Part shown: one piece after another, positions 35,055-39,476 of the stretch
Position numbering within the stretch: the first letter of the stretch is position 1
How the letters are laid out: each line of letters starts with the position of its first letter
Source of the DNA: Acidobacteriota bacterium
Lineage (GTDB): Bacteria > Acidobacteriota > Vicinamibacteria > Vicinamibacterales > 2-12-FULL-66-21
Assembly (NCBI GenBank): GCA_046734675.1
Contig: JBKPRU010000332.1
Span: 1-39,476 of the forward strand
Length of the DNA: 39,476 bases
Reading direction: 5' to 3'
Program-made: the position numbers and the translations under genes
Notes under the pieces: generated by a model
Databases searched by the model: none
What the model saw: the letters and a program-made list of their open reading frames with translations, nothing else
Told to the model about the DNA's origin: nothing

Positions 35055-35126
35055 TCAGTGGCGCAGATCGACCGGCCCGCCGGAACGGGAATGGTGGTGC
35101 CGGTGGTAGCGATGCGCCAGGAACAT
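35055..35126 (-). CDS. Candidate his operon leader peptide (23 codons, His-rich)
   Basis: ATG TTC CTG GCG CAT CGC TAC CAC CGG CAC CAC CAT TCC CGT TCC GGC GGG CCG GTC GAT CTG CGC CAC TGA translates to MFLAHRYHRHHHSRSGGPVDLRH*. It has 6 His, 5 of them within 8 codons. I see no Shine-Dalgarno sequence. It starts 22 nt after the ggt stop. Confidence 0.35.
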   Translation of the reverse strand: MFLAHRYHRHHHSRSGGPVDLRH

Positions 35127-35148
35127 CGTGCGAGCGAGCGTAGCCGCT

Positions 35149-36870
<1,722 letters not shown>

Positions 36871-36896
36871 TCGCGACACTCCCGATCGCTCAGCTT

Positions 36897-37191
36897 ACCA
36901 CCACCACGGACGGCAGGAATGAATCCACGACGGATTCACACGAATGCAGGTCACAGCGCAACACAACAACGCCACAGAAAAACACAACCAAACACAAACA
37001 CTGTGTCGTTGGGTGGCCGTGCGGGCCGGCAACCGACAACATTTCTCAATGCGCGTGGGGCCCTCCGCCGCTGCGCTCACGCTTCGTGTGCGCTACGGCG
37101 AGACCTCGCTGTAGCCTTGGCGAAGGCGGGCACCCCACGCGCTTTTACGCGCTGCGCGCGACGCCCTTCGGGCTTGCCGCCGCTCCGCGGC
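36897..37191. repeat. Mosaic of modules: degenerate R3, R4, R2, R9, R7 and R8, in the ggt/glgX divergent spacer
   Basis: ACCACCACCACGGACGG..GAATCCACGACGGATTCACACGAATGC at 36897-36947. GCCACAGAAAAACAC at 36971-36985. GGCAACCGACAAC at 37028-37040. 37042-37078 relates to 2290-2349. 37092-37130 relates to 22473-22509. 37155-37191 relates to the reverse complement of 22288-22328. Confidence 0.8.
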
Positions 37192-37256
37192 ACCCCGGCG
37201 ACCCTTGCGGGCATAAGACTTGCTCGCCTGAGCGAGGCATTAGAAGGACGAAATGA

Positions 37257-39382
<2,126 letters not shown>

Positions 39383-39386
<4 letters not shown>

Positions 39387-39476
39387 AGGGCGGCACGATC
39401 GAATCCCACTATGTCGACGCGCTCGGACAGCGCCACGAGGTCCCCGCGAAGACGATAGAGGCGATTCGGGCTGCGA
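39383..39476 (+). CDS. Start of a downstream alpha-glucan gene, possibly 4-alpha-glucanotransferase (MalQ); the 3' end lies outside the window
   Basis: The ATG at 39383 overlaps the glgX TGA (ATGA). [31 protein letters not shown] resembles the N-terminal segment of actinobacterial-type MalQ as I recall it. Only 31 codons are visible. Confidence 0.3.

Larger units (their letters stand above)
34992..35126 (-). promoter_or_regulatory. Candidate translation-coupled transcription attenuator of the his operon
   Basis: A His-codon ORF is followed 26 nt later by the terminator. CCGGCGGG (35083->35076) is complementary to CCCGCCGG in the terminator 5' arm (35025->35018). ACCGGC in the His-codon run (35104->35099) is complementary to GCCGGT (35076->35071). 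Confidence 0.35.

Noticed and set aside
35045-35062. A tRNA-like 5' fragment, GGGACGTTAGCTCAGTGG, on the plus strand.
   Set aside because: Only the acceptor 5' arm and a D-loop-like TAGCTCAGTGG are present. The D-stem cannot close (GCTC versus following CGCA/GATC), and there is no anticodon arm, T arm or acceptor 3' arm. On the minus strand the segment includes the stop of the candidate leader ORF. It is likely coincidence or at most an ancient remnant.

Overview
This is a visibly GC-rich bacterial chromosomal window, densely packed with housekeeping and envelope genes. The gene content (a DUF1800/DUF1501 pair, a CarboxypepD_reg-vWA protein, several secreted peptidases) suggests an Acidobacteriota-like soil bacterium, but that is inference only.

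I support about 37 protein genes:
- sucB 3' end and a GyrB/ParE-type topoisomerase B
- a YfbK-like vWA protein, an SGNH lipase, DUF763, a quinone oxidoreductase and an FRG-domain protein
- pncB
- a three-gene envelope operon (HEGYPGHH putative metalloprotease, a GT-C-like membrane protein and a small anchored protein)
- YqaA, a bacterial eRF1/Vms1-like (baeRF1) protein and an FAD oxidoreductase
- DUF1800/DUF1501, YfcH, an S9 peptidase and a UMF1-type MFS transporter
- an Arch_ATPase-type ATPase, an ERMP1-like M28 membrane peptidase and DUF4097
- an eight-gene his operon (hisI-G-D-C-B-H-F-A)
- ggt, glgX and the start of a probable malQ

I saw no rRNA, tRNA, CRISPR, transposase, integrase or phage genes.

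Most worth a second look:
1. A 23-codon His-rich ORF (HRYHRHHH) followed by the strongest intrinsic terminator in the window lies directly upstream of the his operon. It has hand-foldable alternative pairings, so it is a candidate leader-peptide attenuator.
2. Nearly every long intergenic spacer is a mosaic of a shared vocabulary of short hairpin and tandem-oligomer repeat modules. This includes an exact 34-nt inverted match about 11 kb apart.
3. A second copy of the last 22 codons of the topoisomerase gene sits 82 nt past its stop. It differs at 13 positions, all synonymous.
4. There is an orphan baeRF1/Vms1-like gene.

Most long ORFs in the supplied track are Arg/Ala/Pro-rich antisense or N-terminally over-extended high-GC shadows and were not called.
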